Of a stretch of 64,000 bases of DNA, positions 32,187 through 43,263 are shown in pieces. Position 1 is the stretch's first letter. Every line of letters begins with the position of its first letter. The stretch is from NCBI GenBank assembly GCA_038321985.1, contig JBBQFN010000025.1:1-64000 (forward strand), in the 5' to 3' direction. The translations under genes were made by a program, and so were the position numbers. Under the pieces are notes generated by a model that did no database searches, was not told where the DNA came from, and saw only the letters and a list, made by a program, of their open reading frames with translations. The DNA comes from Cyanophyceae cyanobacterium. Lineage in GTDB: Bacteria; Cyanobacteriota; Cyanobacteriia; Cyanobacteriales; Laspinemataceae.

Positions 32187-34061
32187 ATGCCAAAGATTGA
32201 GCAGCGCTTTGATTATGTAAAGATTGCGATCGCCTCCCCGGACCGAATTCGGCAATGGGGGGAACGGACTTTGCCAAATGGTCAAATTGTTGGCGAGGTT
32301 ACCAAACCGGAAACGATTAATTACCGCACGCTCAAACCCGAGATGGACGGGCTCTTCTGTGAGCGGATTTTTGGTCCCGCTAAGGATTGGGAATGTCATT
32401 GTGGTAAATATAAGCGAGTTCGACATCGCGGCATTGTTTGTGAGAGATGCGGGGTAGAAGTTACAGAGTCTCGGGTGCGTCGGCATCGCATGGGCTTTAT
32501 TAAGTTAGCTGCGCCGGTGGCTCATGTTTGGTATCTCAAGGGGATTCCGAGCTATATCGCAATTCTGTTGGATATGCCCTTGCGGGATGTAGAACAGATC
32601 GTCTATTTCAATGCCTATTGTGTTCTGAATCCGGGAAATGCAGATAATCTGCAATACAAGCAGCTTCTGAGTGAAGATGCCTGGATGGAAATTGAGGACC
32701 AACTCTATAGTGAGGATACGGAACTCATTGGGATTGAGGTAGGCATTGGGGCGGAGGCGTTGCAACGCTTATTGCAGGACCTGGAGTTAGAAGCGGAAGC
32801 AGAACGCCTGCGCGAAGAAATCGCTACCTCGAAAGGACAAAAGCGGGCGAAGCTGATTAAACGCTTGCGGGTGATTGATAATTTTATCGCCACAGGCTCT
32901 CAGCCGGACTGGATGGTGTTAGAGTACATTCCGGTGATTCCCCCAGATTTGCGCCCGATGGTGCAGTTGGATGGCGGACGGTTTGCCACGAGTGACTTGA
33001 ATGATTTGTACCGGCGGGTGATTAACCGGAATAATCGCTTGGCACGGTTGCAGGAGATTTTGGCCCCGGAAATCATCATTCGGAATGAAAAACGGATGTT
33101 GCAAGAGGCAGTAGATGCCCTGATTGATAATGGTCGTCGGGGACGGACAGTGGTAGGGGCTAATAACCGACCTCTGAAGTCTCTCTCGGATATTATTGAG
33201 GGTAAACAAGGCCGGTTCCGGCAAAACTTGCTGGGGAAACGGGTAGACTACTCTGGACGTTCCGTGATTGTGGTGGGTCCGAAGCTGAAGATTCACCAGT
33301 GCGGATTGCCTCGGGAAATGGCGATCGAACTCTTCCAACCTTTTGTAATTCACCGCCTGATTCGTCAGGGTTTGGTGAACAATATTAAGGCGGCGAAAAA
33401 GCTGATTCAACGAGCCGATCCCAGTGTTTGGGATGTGTTGGAAGAGGTGATTGAATCCCATCCCGTGCTATTAAACCGCGCACCCACGCTGCACCGTTTA
33501 GGGATTCAAGCCTTTGAGCCGATTTTGGTGGATGGACGAGCCATTCAGTTGCACCCGTTAGTTTGTCCGGCATTTAATGCTGACTTTGATGGTGACCAAA
33601 TGGCAGTGCACGTTCCTCTGGGTTTAGAGGCACAAGCAGAGGCTCGGTTATTGATGTTAGCGTCTAACAATATTATGTCTCCGGCAACGGGACGGCCTAT
33701 TGTTACCCCTTCTCAGGATATGGTGTTGGGTTGTTATTATTTGACGGCCCATAATCCCAAGGCTCATAAGGGCGCAGGAGGTTATTTTGCGTCGTTGCCA
33801 GATGCAATTATTGCTTATGAGCAAGGTTTGATTGAGTTGCACGCTTTAATTTGGGTGCGCTTGGATGTGAACTGGGATATTGATTCGGAGACTAAAGAAA
33901 CGAAGCCAGAAATCACGCGACATTCCGATGGAACGGTGACGAAACTTTATTCCGATCGCCGCTTAAGAGAGGATGCCAATGGTAATCTAATTTCTCAATA
34001 TATTCACACTACCGCAGGCCGAATTATCTTCAATAAAACCATTGCGGATGTGTTGGCTTAA
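32187..34061 (+). CDS. rpoC1: RNA polymerase gamma subunit
   Basis: Zinc finger CHCG...[19 protein letters not shown] and NADFDGDQM. Confidence 0.99.
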   Translation: MPKIEQRFDYVKIAIASPDRIRQWGERTLPNGQIVGEVTKPETINYRTLKPEMDGLFCERIFGPAKDWECHCGKYKRVRHRGIVCERCGVEVTESRVRRHRMGFIKLAAPVAHVWYLKGIPSYIAILLDMPLRDVEQIVYFNAYCVLNPGNADNLQYKQLLSEDAWMEIEDQLYSEDTELIGIEVGIGAEALQRLLQDLELEAEAERLREEIATSKGQKRAKLIKRLRVIDNFIATGSQPDWMVLEYIPVIPPDLRPMVQLDGGRFATSDLNDLYRRVINRNNRLARLQEILAPEIIIRNEKRMLQEAVDALIDNGRRGRTVVGANNRPLKSLSDIIEGKQGRFRQNLLGKRVDYSGRSVIVVGPKLKIHQCGLPREMAIELFQPFVIHRLIRQGLVNNIKAAKKLIQRADPSVWDVLEEVIESHPVLLNRAPTLHRLGIQAFEPILVDGRAIQLHPLVCPAFNADFDGDQMAVHVPLGLEAQAEARLLMLASNNIMSPATGRPIVTPSQDMVLGCYYLTAHNPKAHKGAGGYFASLPDAIIAYEQGLIELHALIWVRLDVNWDIDSETKETKPEITRHSDGTVTKLYSDRRLREDANGNLISQYIHTTAGRIIFNKTIADVLA

Positions 34062-34140
34062 GGAAGGCAAAATGCCCCCGGATAGGGGCTAAGGTAGCGG
34101 GGAAAGTCACCGGAGGTAAGGGAAGCAAAATTTTCTTTCT

Positions 34141-34220
34141 TTTCCTGATTTCCCCTCTCTTCCCGATTTCCCTAATCCTCTCAATTTACCCAATCCTCCC
34201 CAATCCTCCCGATCTCCTCT
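34141..34220. repeat. Degenerate 9-mer pyrimidine-rich tandem repeats
   Basis: TTCCTGATT/TCCCGATTT/CCCAATCCT-like units between rpoC1 and rpoC2; similar CCCCATCTT units at about 16188-16220. Confidence 0.5.
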
Positions 34221-34244
34221 CATCAGACAAAGGACAAAGGAATA

Positions 34245-37200
34245 ATGACTAAAAATAAGTTCACTTTCTACAACCGAGTTATTAATAAAGGGCAGATTAA
34301 AAACCTGATTTCCCGAACGTTTGTGCAGTATGGCACGGCGCGGAGCGCTCAAATTGCCGATCGCCTAAAAGATTTGGGCTTCCGCTATGCCACGAAAGCG
34401 GGGGTTTCGATTAGTGTGGATGATTTGATGATTCCCCCGTCAAAGCGGGATTTGTTGGTGGGTGCAGAACGGGAAATCTCCTCTACGGAAAGCCGTTATG
34501 CCCGAGGGGAAATCACGGAGGTGGAACGCTTCCAAAAGGTGATTGATACTTGGAATAGCACCAGTGAAGCGCTCAAGGATGAGGTGGTGCGGCACTTTAA
34601 GGAAACGGACCCCCTCAATTCCGTTTATATGATGGCCTTCTCCGGTGCCCGGGGGAATGTCTCCCAGGTGCGGCAGTTGGTGGGGATGCGCGGATTGATG
34701 GCAAATCCCCAAGGGGAAATTATTGATTTACCGATTAAGACGAATTTCCGAGAAGGGCTGACGGTCACGGAGTATATCATCTCATCCTACGGAGCCCGAA
34801 AGGGGCTGGTGGATACGGCACTGCGCACCGCAGATTCGGGCTATCTGACCCGGCGTTTGGTGGATGTCTCCCAGGATGTGATTGTGCGGGAGGTGGATTG
34901 CGGAACCACTCGCAGCATTCCGATGGAGAGCATGAAAGATGAGGACCGGATTCTGATTCCGTTAAGCGATCGCCTGTTTGGTCGGGTGACTGCTGAGGAT
35001 ATTGTTTCTCCAAAAACCGGCGAACTGATAGCGGCGCGGAATCAGCCGATGGATGATGATTTGTCCTTCAAGATTATGGAACATGGGGTCGAACGGGTCT
35101 GGGTGCGATCGCCCCTGACCTGTGAAGCCTCCCGTTCCGTCTGCCAACTCTGCTATGGCTGGAGTTTGGCCCATGGCAAGTTAGTTGATATGGGTGAAGC
35201 GGTGGGAATTATCGCCGCCCAATCCATTGGCGAACCCGGTACTCAGTTGACCATGCGGACGTTCCACACCGGGGGTGTGTTCACGGCGGAAGTGGCCCGA
35301 ACGGTGATGGCCCAATTCCGAGGGACAGTCCACTATTCCCCCACCATGCGTGCAAGGGCCTTCCGGACCCGACATGGGGAAGATGCGTTTGTGGTGGAAA
35401 ATGCCAAGTCTGAAATCACCTTGCAAGCCGATAACCGTAAGGAAGTCTTTGATGTCTTCCAAGGCACCGTGCTGTTGGCCCATGATGGCGCTGTGGTCGA
35501 ACCCCTGACCCTACTGGCAGAAGTCCCCCTCCCAGGTCGCACTCGCCGGACTACGGAGAAAGCCACGAAGGATGTGGCTTCGGATTTAGCCGGGGAAGTG
35601 GTGTTTGCGGATTTGATGCAAGAAGAGAAAAAGGACCGTCAGGGGAATGCCACCCGCACCGCCACCCGGGGGGGTCTGGTCTGGATTTTATCCGGAGAGG
35701 TTTATAACCTCCCGACTGGGGCGGAACCTGTGGTCAAGAATGGCAGCCGGGTTCAACCCGGTGGGGTACTCGCCGAAACCAAACTGGTGACGGATAATGG
35801 CGGCATCGTCCGACTCCCGGAAGAGATGCAAAACCGCCCCTCTTCCATGCCTCGGGAAGTAGAGATTATCACCGCCTCCGTGACTCTGGACCGCGCCACG
35901 GTTTATGCCACCTCCACAGGAGGGCGCGACCATTACACCATTGAGACATTTGGCAAACAGTTGTTCTCCCTGAAGGCGACTCCGGGAACCAAGGTGTTAA
36001 ATCATCAGGTGGTGGCGGAGTTGATAGATGAGACTTACCGCACCCAAAGCGGGGGGATTATCAAATATGCCGGGGTGGAAGTGCTCAAACGGGGCAAAGC
36101 CAAGCAAGGCTATGAAGTCGTCAAGGGCGGTACTTTGCTGTGGATTCCCGAAGAGTGCCACGAAATCAATAAGGATATTTCGTTGCTGCTGGTGGAAGAC
36201 GGGCAGTTCGTGGAAGCCGCCACGGAAATTGTCAAGGATATCAAGTGCGCCATGTCCGGAGTGGTGGAAGTTACCCAGAAAAACGACATCCTCCGGGAGG
36301 TGACGATTAAACCCGGGGAGTTGATTATGATCGAAGACCCCGAGGAGGTGGCCGTCACCACGGGTACCTTAGTGAATCCGGGGCAGGAAATTATGCCTGG
36401 GTTAGTGGCGACGGAGTTACGCTATGTGGAAGTGCTAGAAACCCCCGAGGGTCCGGCCCTACTGCTGCGTCCCACGGTGGAGTATCCCGTGTTGGATGAA
36501 CCGGCAATTCCTTCTCAGGAGTCTCTGAACAATGGGGAAGAGGCGATGATTCAACTGCGGGCGGTGCAACGGTTGCCCTATAAGGATGGGGAACGGGTGA
36601 AGTCCGTGGAAGGGTTAGAGTTGCTGCGGACCCAGTTGGTGCTAGAAATTGATAAGGATGCACCCGGATTGGCGGCAGATATTGAGTTGGTGCCGGTGGA
36701 GGATGAGGAGATAGCCTCGGAAGAGGTAGACCCATCCCGGGGCGCGCCAATGCGCTTACAGTTGGTGATTCTGGAGTCGTTGGTAATTCGCCGGGATGTG
36801 GTGGCGGATACGACCCAGGGGAGTACCCACACCCGTTTGTTGGTCAAGGATGGGGACCGGATTCCGCCTGGGGCAGTGGTAGCCCGGACAGAGATTCAGT
36901 GTAAGGAGTCCGGGGAAATCCGAGGCATCCGCGAAGGGGCTGAAGCGATTCGCCGGGTGTTGGTGGTCCGGGATGATGATGTGATTTTTGTAGACTGCGC
37001 GGAAAAACCTACCGTGAAGGTAGGGGGTTTCGTAGTGGAGAATACAGAGATTGCCCCAGGGATGCGGATGCCCGATTCAGGTCAGGTGGTGGAAGTAAGC
37101 GCCCTGGAGTCCGATCCGGAGGCGACTGCTTTGGCCCAGGCGAATTACCGGGTGAAGTTCCGGTTAGCCCGACCTTACCGGGTTTCCCCAGGGGCGGTGC

Positions 37201-38318
37201 TTCATGTAGACGATGGATCCTTGGTGCAGCGGGGGGATAACCTGGTGCTGCTAGTGTTTGAACGCACGAAGACTGGGGATATTATTCAAGGGTTGCCCCG
37301 GATTGAGGAGTTGCTGGAGGCTCGTAAGCCGAAGGAGGGCTGCATTTTGGCGGCTCTGCCGGGGGTGGCCCAGGTGGTTTATGGGGATGATGATACGGTC
37401 ATTTTGAAGGTCGTAGAAGAGGATGGGGCCGTCACCGACTATGAATTAGGCCCAGGCCAGACGTTGCTCGTCAGCGACGGACAGCGGGTGAAGGCAGGGG
37501 AAGCCCTGACTGATGGACCGTCGAATCCCCATGAGATTTTGGAGATTTTCTTCAATCTGCCGGGAGAACGGACTTATGAGCATACGCTGATGAGTTTTCA
37601 GCAGGTGCAGACATTTTTAGTGAGCGAGGTGCAGTCGGTGTATCTGTCCCAAGGGATTGATATTAGTGATAAGCACATTGAAGTGATTGTGCGTCAGATG
37701 ACGAACAAGGTGAGAATCGATGATGGCGGGGATACGACGATGCTGCCTGGGGAGTTGATTGAACTGCAACAGGTGGAACGGGTGAATGAGGCGATGTCGA
37801 TTACCGGCGGTGCGCCTGCGAAATATACACCGCTGTTGTTGGGGATTACTAAGGCGTCGTTGAATACGGATAGCTTTATTAGTGCGGCTTCTTTCCAGGA
37901 GACGACTCGGGTGCTAACCGAAGCTGCGATCGAGGGCAAGTCCGACTGGCTGCGCGGCTTGAAGGAGAATGTGATTATCGGACGGCTGATTCCTGCGGGG
38001 ACAGGGTTTAATGCTTATGAGGATATGATGCTGCTCCCGGATGATAGTGCTTATGAGGGTGTGATCGAGGAGGAAGAAGAGGAGTTTCCCGATGTAGTCC
38101 TAGATGACCATACCGCACGAGCCTATCGCAGCGCTGGGATAGAGTTAGAAGAGGAGATTCTCCCCGAGGAAGAGGAGGAAGTGGACGATGAGTTTGCTTT
38201 ACCGGATTTGGGTTTGAAGGATGATAAAGTGGTGCGATCGCTCGACATTCTAGAAGAAGACTTCGAGGATGATGACGATTTCGATGACGATGATGATATT
38301 GAGGATGACTTTGAATAA
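34245..38318 (+). CDS. rpoC2: RNA polymerase beta' subunit
   Basis: [35 protein letters not shown], the large SI3 insertion and [12 protein letters not shown]. Confidence 0.99.
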   Translation: MTKNKFTFYNRVINKGQIKNLISRTFVQYGTARSAQIADRLKDLGFRYATKAGVSISVDDLMIPPSKRDLLVGAEREISSTESRYARGEITEVERFQKVIDTWNSTSEALKDEVVRHFKETDPLNSVYMMAFSGARGNVSQVRQLVGMRGLMANPQGEIIDLPIKTNFREGLTVTEYIISSYGARKGLVDTALRTADSGYLTRRLVDVSQDVIVREVDCGTTRSIPMESMKDEDRILIPLSDRLFGRVTAEDIVSPKTGELIAARNQPMDDDLSFKIMEHGVERVWVRSPLTCEASRSVCQLCYGWSLAHGKLVDMGEAVGIIAAQSIGEPGTQLTMRTFHTGGVFTAEVARTVMAQFRGTVHYSPTMRARAFRTRHGEDAFVVENAKSEITLQADNRKEVFDVFQGTVLLAHDGAVVEPLTLLAEVPLPGRTRRTTEKATKDVASDLAGEVVFADLMQEEKKDRQGNATRTATRGGLVWILSGEVYNLPTGAEPVVKNGSRVQPGGVLAETKLVTDNGGIVRLPEEMQNRPSSMPREVEIITASVTLDRATVYATSTGGRDHYTIETFGKQLFSLKATPGTKVLNHQVVAELIDETYRTQSGGIIKYAGVEVLKRGKAKQGYEVVKGGTLLWIPEECHEINKDISLLLVEDGQFVEAATEIVKDIKCAMSGVVEVTQKNDILREVTIKPGELIMIEDPEEVAVTTGTLVNPGQEIMPGLVATELRYVEVLETPEGPALLLRPTVEYPVLDEPAIPSQESLNNGEEAMIQLRAVQRLPYKDGERVKSVEGLELLRTQLVLEIDKDAPGLAADIELVPVEDEEIASEEVDPSRGAPMRLQLVILESLVIRRDVVADTTQGSTHTRLLVKDGDRIPPGAVVARTEIQCKESGEIRGIREGAEAIRRVLVVRDDDVIFVDCAEKPTVKVGGFVVENTEIAPGMRMPDSGQVVEVSALESDPEATALAQANYRVKFRLARPYRVSPGAVLHVDDGSLVQRGDNLVLLVFERTKTGDIIQGLPRIEELLEARKPKEGCILAALPGVAQVVYGDDDTVILKVVEEDGAVTDYELGPGQTLLVSDGQRVKAGEALTDGPSNPHEILEIFFNLPGERTYEHTLMSFQQVQTFLVSEVQSVYLSQGIDISDKHIEVIVRQMTNKVRIDDGGDTTMLPGELIELQQVERVNEAMSITGGAPAKYTPLLLGITKASLNTDSFISAASFQETTRVLTEAAIEGKSDWLRGLKENVIIGRLIPAGTGFNAYEDMMLLPDDSAYEGVIEEEEEEFPDVVLDDHTARAYRSAGIELEEEILPEEEEEVDDEFALPDLGLKDDKVVRSLDILEEDFEDDDDFDDDDDIEDDFE

Positions 38319-38380
38319 AGTTGTCCTAGGTTAAAAAATCCAATCCCTCAAATTCCTATTAAAAAAGGGGGATGCTCAGT

Positions 38381-38421
38381 AAAACTCCCCGATTAGAATC
38401 AGATTCTAATCGGGGAGTTTT
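38381..38421 (+). terminator. Long perfect hairpin after rpoC2
   Basis: AAAACTCCCCGATTAGAATC-A-GATTCTAATCGGGGAGTTTT, 20-bp arms. Confidence 0.8.
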
Positions 38422-38451
38422 TTAGGGGAGTAATACGGAATCCGGTAGTTA

Positions 38452-38712
38452 GGGCTTGCTGAAAAACCACGAAATGCTGATGAGGCAAGGCTTTGAGAAG
38501 TCTGACCAGGACACAAAAGACAGGAAAAAGAGGTAAAATTGGAAATTGTTGTGCATCGTTCGAGGGAAAATATATCGAAAATCACAAGACCCCCTGGGGC
38601 CAGAAGAAGCCTTTGAACTTCCCTCATGGAGCCAGCTGTGTGCAAAAAATCGGTGGATTGTTCTGTCGAAGCTAATTCCGTGGTCCTTGCTTTGAGTCAG
38701 AATATGCCCAAA
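38452..38712 (+). mobile_element. Decayed IS5-family element: left end plus frameshifted transposase N-terminus
   Basis: GGCTTGCTGAAAA terminal-repeat-like motif. From 38570: IYRKSQD...EAFELPSWSQLCAKNRWIVLSKLIPWS, then after a +1 shift FESEYAQ, resembling cyanobacterial IS5 transposase starts. Start codon is ATA. Confidence 0.65.
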
Positions 38713-38987
38713 TTCGGGAAACCCCAGGCAGCCTCAGTATGCCCAGCTATGACGCAGGAGATCGCCTCTGTCTTATCGACTTTTTGGCTCGCTTTCCGAT
38801 TCAACCGAAACTGATGACTGGCGCACCCCAGGATAAATACGAGCAAGCAGCCGATCGCCTCGCGGAAGACCTGTTGTAGTTGTAGCTTTCACCAGGAATT
38901 TATGGCACCAAATCTCCAAGAAATATTAGGTTTGGTGCCAGACAGGACAAAGCTTTTAGAATTTTTTACAAGATATCTAAATAAACC

Positions 38988-39359
38988 TTACCCAAACTCA
39001 TAGCCCCGATCAACCCAGTAATGCCAGTCTGCGATCGCTTGTTGAGTCTGCGGATCTGCATCGGGAGCCTCTAGCTGAATCAACGATACTGCCAGGAGAT
39101 CGCCTTGCCAGGTAATCTTCACATACATTTCGCGATCGCACTCATCTTCCGATGCCATACCCACTACTTCTACTATTGTCCCCTTTTTTAGGGGAGAACT
39201 GAGCCGCTTACTGATGCAGGTTGCTGTAAATGGAAACTGCATCGTGTCCTGTAAGTAGTAGTACCAGCCCATTGCCTGTTCTTCAGGCCCATAGGCATCC
39301 ACTACAATTTCCATCGCAATGCGTTCTTCGCGTTCCTCGTCGTGTTCTACTTTTACCAT
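38988..39359 (-). CDS. ccbP: Cyanobacterial calcium-binding protein CcbP
   Basis: RE.RI..EIVVDA...EEQAMGWYYYL.DT..FPF...VEVVGMA..DEC...MYV...TQQAIADW.YW..RGY.F; ATG 39359. Confidence 0.88.
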   Translation of the reverse strand: MVKVEHDEEREERIAMEIVVDAYGPEEQAMGWYYYLQDTMQFPFTATCISKRLSSPLKKGTIVEVVGMASEDECDREMYVKITWQGDLLAVSLIQLEAPDADPQTQQAIADWHYWVDRGYEFG

Positions 39360-39715
39360 AAAAAAACTTTCAATCGTTGCTAAATTGTACACCCCGATTA
39401 AACCTTAAGAGCGGGTCTTTTTGTTTTATTAGCAGCAAGTATTCGTGTATTTTTTTAAAATGGCTAAAGACCCTTTTCTATAAGATTTTCATACCCAATC
39501 CGGACTTCAAAAGTCGTCTTTACTCTTGAACCCGCGCAGGCGGGCTACGCTAGCGTCCGTGTTTACCAACCCTTTAGGGGGTGGGTTTTTATAGACCTTT
39601 AAATACCGGATTCCGTATCAGCTTAAACCTGGGGAATGTGGGACCCAGATGCGATCGCCTCCTCTCCCCCTCTGTGACAATCCGTGAAATCGCTGGTTCA
39701 TCCCCCTCCCCATCC

Positions 39716-41488
39716 CTAATTCCGAGAAGTCGGATTCGGCTGATTCATCTCCTCCAAAATAATCTCTTGATTAATCAAAGCCTGAGAATGAGTCGGATTC
39801 AACTCCAACGCTTTTTGCGTCGCCGCTAAAGCATCCCCATACTCTTCTAAAAATCGTAAAGCAATACCTTTCCCTGCCCAAAAATCAGCATTCTCAGCAT
39901 TAATTTGGATCGCCCTTTCGTAGGTAGTGACGGCTTCTCCATAGCGGCGCAGTGCCATCAGTCCGAGGGCGCGATTATAGAGGGCGGGGGCAGATTCGGG
40001 AGCCATTCCTAGGGCGCTGTCGGCGGAGGCGACTGCTTCGGTATAGCGTTCTAAGCGATAGAGGACGGCGCTCTGATTTACCCAAATATCCGCCATTGTG
40101 GGCCGATCGCCTACGTTGGCATCCCCTCTCAAGGCCCGATTGTACGCATCCACCGCTTCGTCATATCGGCCTAATCCGGTGAGAATTCGCCCTTGGTTGA
40201 ACCAAGCTAAGGATGAGCCCGGGGAGACAGCGATCGCCCTTTCCGTAGCGGCTAACGCTTCTTGTTCTCGGTTCAAATGCCACAGGGGAACGCTGCGATT
40301 ACTCCAAGCATCGGCTAACTGGGGATTCAGCCCGATCGCCTTATTAGAAGCCGCCAGAGCTTCTTCATAATTGGACAGTCCCGTGAGCGCATTGGCTAAC
40401 TGCACCCAGGCATAAGCGGGTCCCAAGTCGCCCCAGTTGCCATCTCCCTCCTGTAGTGCCATTTCACAAGCCGCTTTTGCCGGTTCATAGCTGCCCAATC
40501 GGTTCAAGTTGGCGCATTGATGCAGCAAGGTAAAGGAAGATGTGGGATTGATTTTAACCGCCCATTGGAAGGAGAGTTGCGCTTCGGGATGTCTACCGAG
40601 GATGCCGAGGATAATGCCTTGTTCTGTCCAGGAGATAGCATCATTGGGTTCCAATCCCAAGGCGCGATCGTAGGCGGCTAAGGCTTCGTCATAGCGTCGT
40701 TGGGATTTGAGCAGTCTGGCTTTATTCGCCCAGGCGATCGCGGGGTTGAGGGTTCCCCAATTTTGATTGACTTGCAAGGCGCGATCGCAAGCCGTCAGTG
40801 CTTCTGTACCTTGTCCCAGTTCGACAAGAATAGCACATCGTCCCGCCAAGGCGATGGAATAATTAGGATTAATTTTAATCGCCCATTCGTAGGAAGTGAG
40901 AGCTTCTTCAATTTGACCCGAACGACTCAAGGCGACCCCGCGATGATACCAGGCGACGGCAGGGGATTGGTTTTCCCAGTTGTTATCCATGCGTAAGGCG
41001 GTGTCACAGGAGGCGACTGCCTCTTCATATTGACTCAGTTCGACTGCCCCGGAACAGCGTTTCGTGAGTAACAGGGAATTGTTGGGGTCACGTTCAATGG
41101 CTTGGTTGTAGGAGGCAACGGCTTCGGCGTACTGGGTTAAGGCAAATAAGGCATCAGCGCGATCGCTCCAAACGAGGGGGTCATTGGTATTTAAGGCGAT
41201 CGCGCTATCACAGGCGGCAACTGCTTCCTCATATTGCGCTTGTTCCAGCAAGGTGCGACATAACCCCGCCCAATGGGAAAAATCCTCTAACCCTTCCTGT
41301 GCCAGTACCCGATAGTTGCCGCTTTCCACCCCCATCCCAACCATCATCAATAGAACCGATACTCCGATTTTGACTGAATTGCTTCCGGTTTCTCCAACTC
41401 TTCTCAAAGTCCCTCTCCTTGGAAAGGAGAGGGATTTAGGGTGAGGTCCATCTTCAAAATCCCTCTTTTTTCCAAACTGTTTAGGCAT
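39716..41488 (-). CDS. TPR-repeat protein, probably exported
   Basis: Many TPR units (AWxxRGxAL...YEEAxxxYDxA) after a hydrophobic segment ending VLAQE. Confidence 0.88.
   Translation of the reverse strand: MPKQFGKKRDFEDGPHPKSLSFPRRGTLRRVGETGSNSVKIGVSVLLMMVGMGVESGNYRVLAQEGLEDFSHWAGLCRTLLEQAQYEEAVAACDSAIALNTNDPLVWSDRADALFALTQYAEAVASYNQAIERDPNNSLLLTKRCSGAVELSQYEEAVASCDTALRMDNNWENQSPAVAWYHRGVALSRSGQIEEALTSYEWAIKINPNYSIALAGRCAILVELGQGTEALTACDRALQVNQNWGTLNPAIAWANKARLLKSQRRYDEALAAYDRALGLEPNDAISWTEQGIILGILGRHPEAQLSFQWAVKINPTSSFTLLHQCANLNRLGSYEPAKAACEMALQEGDGNWGDLGPAYAWVQLANALTGLSNYEEALAASNKAIGLNPQLADAWSNRSVPLWHLNREQEALAATERAIAVSPGSSLAWFNQGRILTGLGRYDEAVDAYNRALRGDANVGDRPTMADIWVNQSAVLYRLERYTEAVASADSALGMAPESAPALYNRALGLMALRRYGEAVTTYERAIQINAENADFWAGKGIALRFLEEYGDALAATQKALELNPTHSQALINQEIILEEMNQPNPTSRN
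41410..41447. repeat. Cyanobacterial CCCTCTCC-hairpin element inside the 5' end of the TPR gene
   Basis: TCCCTCTCCTT-GGA-AAGGAGAGGGA followed by TTTAGGGTGAGG; related hairpins near 20002, 22858 and 22962. Confidence 0.6.
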
Positions 41489-41512
41489 TAATTTTCTCCT
41501 TTACTTTCTTCT

Positions 41513-43039
41513 TCAATTACAGCGATTTTCGATGCCATTTGGCATAATTGCATTACACAAATAAACCTGAGTCAAATCTACCCCTTCTAAATTTGCTCCG
41601 GTCAAATTCGCCCCGCCTAGATTTGCTCCGGTTAAATTCGCTCCACTTAAGTTAGCATTTTGCAGGTTTGCCCCAAACAGATGGGCGCTTTCCAGATTTG
41701 CCAGACTTAAATCGGCTCCCTGCAAATTGGCATTCGCCAATCTCGCCCCTTTTAAATTAATCCCGCTTAAATTAGCTTCTACCAAATTTGCCTCGGTTAA
41801 ATCTTGGTTTTCCGCTCCCTGTTGGAGCAGGTTTAAAATAAACAGCCATTGACTTTCAATAACTGTTTCTTCAGTGATTTTAATATCCCGTAGATTGGCA
41901 TTTCCTAAATTTGCTCCCAAGAGATTGACATTTCCTAAATTAGACTGTTCTAAATTAGCCGCGAATAAATTACTATTTCTAAGATTCGCTCCTTGAAAAT
42001 TAACCTGACTCAAATCAGCCTGAGTTAGATTAGTTCCCAATAAAATGCTATGGCGTAAATCAGCCCCATGCAGATTTGCCCCAACCAGAGTAGCTGAAGT
42101 GAAATCGGCATAATGGAGATAAGACTCAGTTAAATTAACTCCCGTCAGATTCGCCCGTTCTAAATTAGACATAAAGAAGGAAGCACCCTCAAGGTTAGCA
42201 CCCTCCAGATTGATATCCTGAAAATTCATTGCTTCGAGATTGGCACCCGATAAGTCACTTCCAGCAAGGGTTTGACTGGCTAAAGGTTGATTAACAACGG
42301 TCCAAATAAATTGCCATTTACTATCGAGGATTGTTTCATTATTTAGGATAGTTTTTTTAAAATTAGTTCTAAATAATTTAGCTTCTTCTAAGTTTGCGCT
42401 AGTGAGATTAGCCCCTTCTAAATTAGCATTTTCTAAGTTAACTTTTTTTAAATTAGCCCCGGATAAGTTAGCATTTTTGAGATTGGCATTTTTAAAATTT
42501 GCTTCTTCTAAATTAGCGAGAGGGAGAGAGGCTTCTTGTAAGTCGGCATTTTCTAAATTAGCTTTTTTTAAATTAGCAAGTTCTAAATTAGCGGAGTTTA
42601 GATTAGTGCCTAAGAGTTCGGCATTTTCTAAATTTGCTTGATGGAGGTTAGCTCTAAATAAGGTGGCCCCGTTGAATTTGGCTTTTTCTAAATCCGCTTG
42701 TTCTAGGTTGGCGCTGCCCAGGGTAGCATTACTCAAATCCGCTTGAAACATCCGCGATCGCGACAAGTTAGCCCCATCGAGTTTTGCGCCTCTGAGATTC
42801 GTTAATCTTAGGTTAGAGTCGGACATATCCCCACCTTGGAGTTCCGCCCCCATCAGGTTTGCTTCTTGGAGGTTGCAGCGGGTACATTGACGGGTTTCTT
42901 GCAATTTAGTAACATCCGAACCCCGGGCGGCTAAGACGGGAGTTGGGAGGGAAATCAGGGAAAATAAGGACCAATGACCAATCACCAATGACCAATAACA
43001 AAAGAGGGGAATGGCGGGGCGGGATTTTTTCCTATTCAT
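41513..43039 (-). CDS. Exported pentapeptide-repeat protein
   Basis: Signal peptide ending PVLA, CxxC cap, A(N/D)Lxx repeats and C-terminal LCNAIMPNG...C; ATG 43039. Confidence 0.92.
   Translation of the reverse strand: MNRKKSRPAIPLFCYWSLVIGHWSLFSLISLPTPVLAARGSDVTKLQETRQCTRCNLQEANLMGAELQGGDMSDSNLRLTNLRGAKLDGANLSRSRMFQADLSNATLGSANLEQADLEKAKFNGATLFRANLHQANLENAELLGTNLNSANLELANLKKANLENADLQEASLPLANLEEANFKNANLKNANLSGANLKKVNLENANLEGANLTSANLEEAKLFRTNFKKTILNNETILDSKWQFIWTVVNQPLASQTLAGSDLSGANLEAMNFQDINLEGANLEGASFFMSNLERANLTGVNLTESYLHYADFTSATLVGANLHGADLRHSILLGTNLTQADLSQVNFQGANLRNSNLFAANLEQSNLGNVNLLGANLGNANLRDIKITEETVIESQWLFILNLLQQGAENQDLTEANLVEANLSGINLKGARLANANLQGADLSLANLESAHLFGANLQNANLSGANLTGANLGGANLTGANLEGVDLTQVYLCNAIMPNGIENRCN
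42969..43001. repeat. STRR-type heptamer repeats (ACCAATG) within the signal-peptide coding region
   Basis: GACCAATGACCAATCACCAATGACCAATAACAAA; related heptamer tracts at about 50252-50298 and 55255-55390. Confidence 0.7.
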
Positions 43040-43068
43040 TAGTTTTTCTGGGTGTAATACCAAATTCC

Positions 43069-43235
43069 TGATGTAGGGGTTTGGTTTCCAAACCCTCTTC
43101 GGTGATGTAGGGGTTTGGTTTCCTTTCTCCTTTTAGATAAGAACGACTGAAGTGATTACTACGAACATGAAGAGAACTTCCCCTTTTAGATAAGAACAAC
43201 TGAAGTCGTTACTACGAACATGAAGAGAACTTCCC
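43069..43235. repeat. Cluster of duplicated REP-like units
   Basis: TGATGTAGGGGTTTGGTTTCC twice, then a 53-bp-period direct duplication (43131 and 43184) containing GACTGAAGT.GTTACTAC. Confidence 0.8.
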
Positions 43236-43263
43236 TACGAGAGAAACATGACATAAGACCCAT

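Noticed and set aside
28715..38318. Inteins or introns in rpoB/rpoC1/rpoC2, and the many antisense ORFs
   Set aside because: Lengths and motifs are normal; the large RpoC2 insert is the standard cyanobacterial SI3; antisense ORFs are codon-bias shadows.
43129..43235. Mini-CRISPR interpretation of the 53-bp duplication
   Set aside because: Whole-unit tandem duplication without a spacer; contains a REP-like motif found elsewhere.
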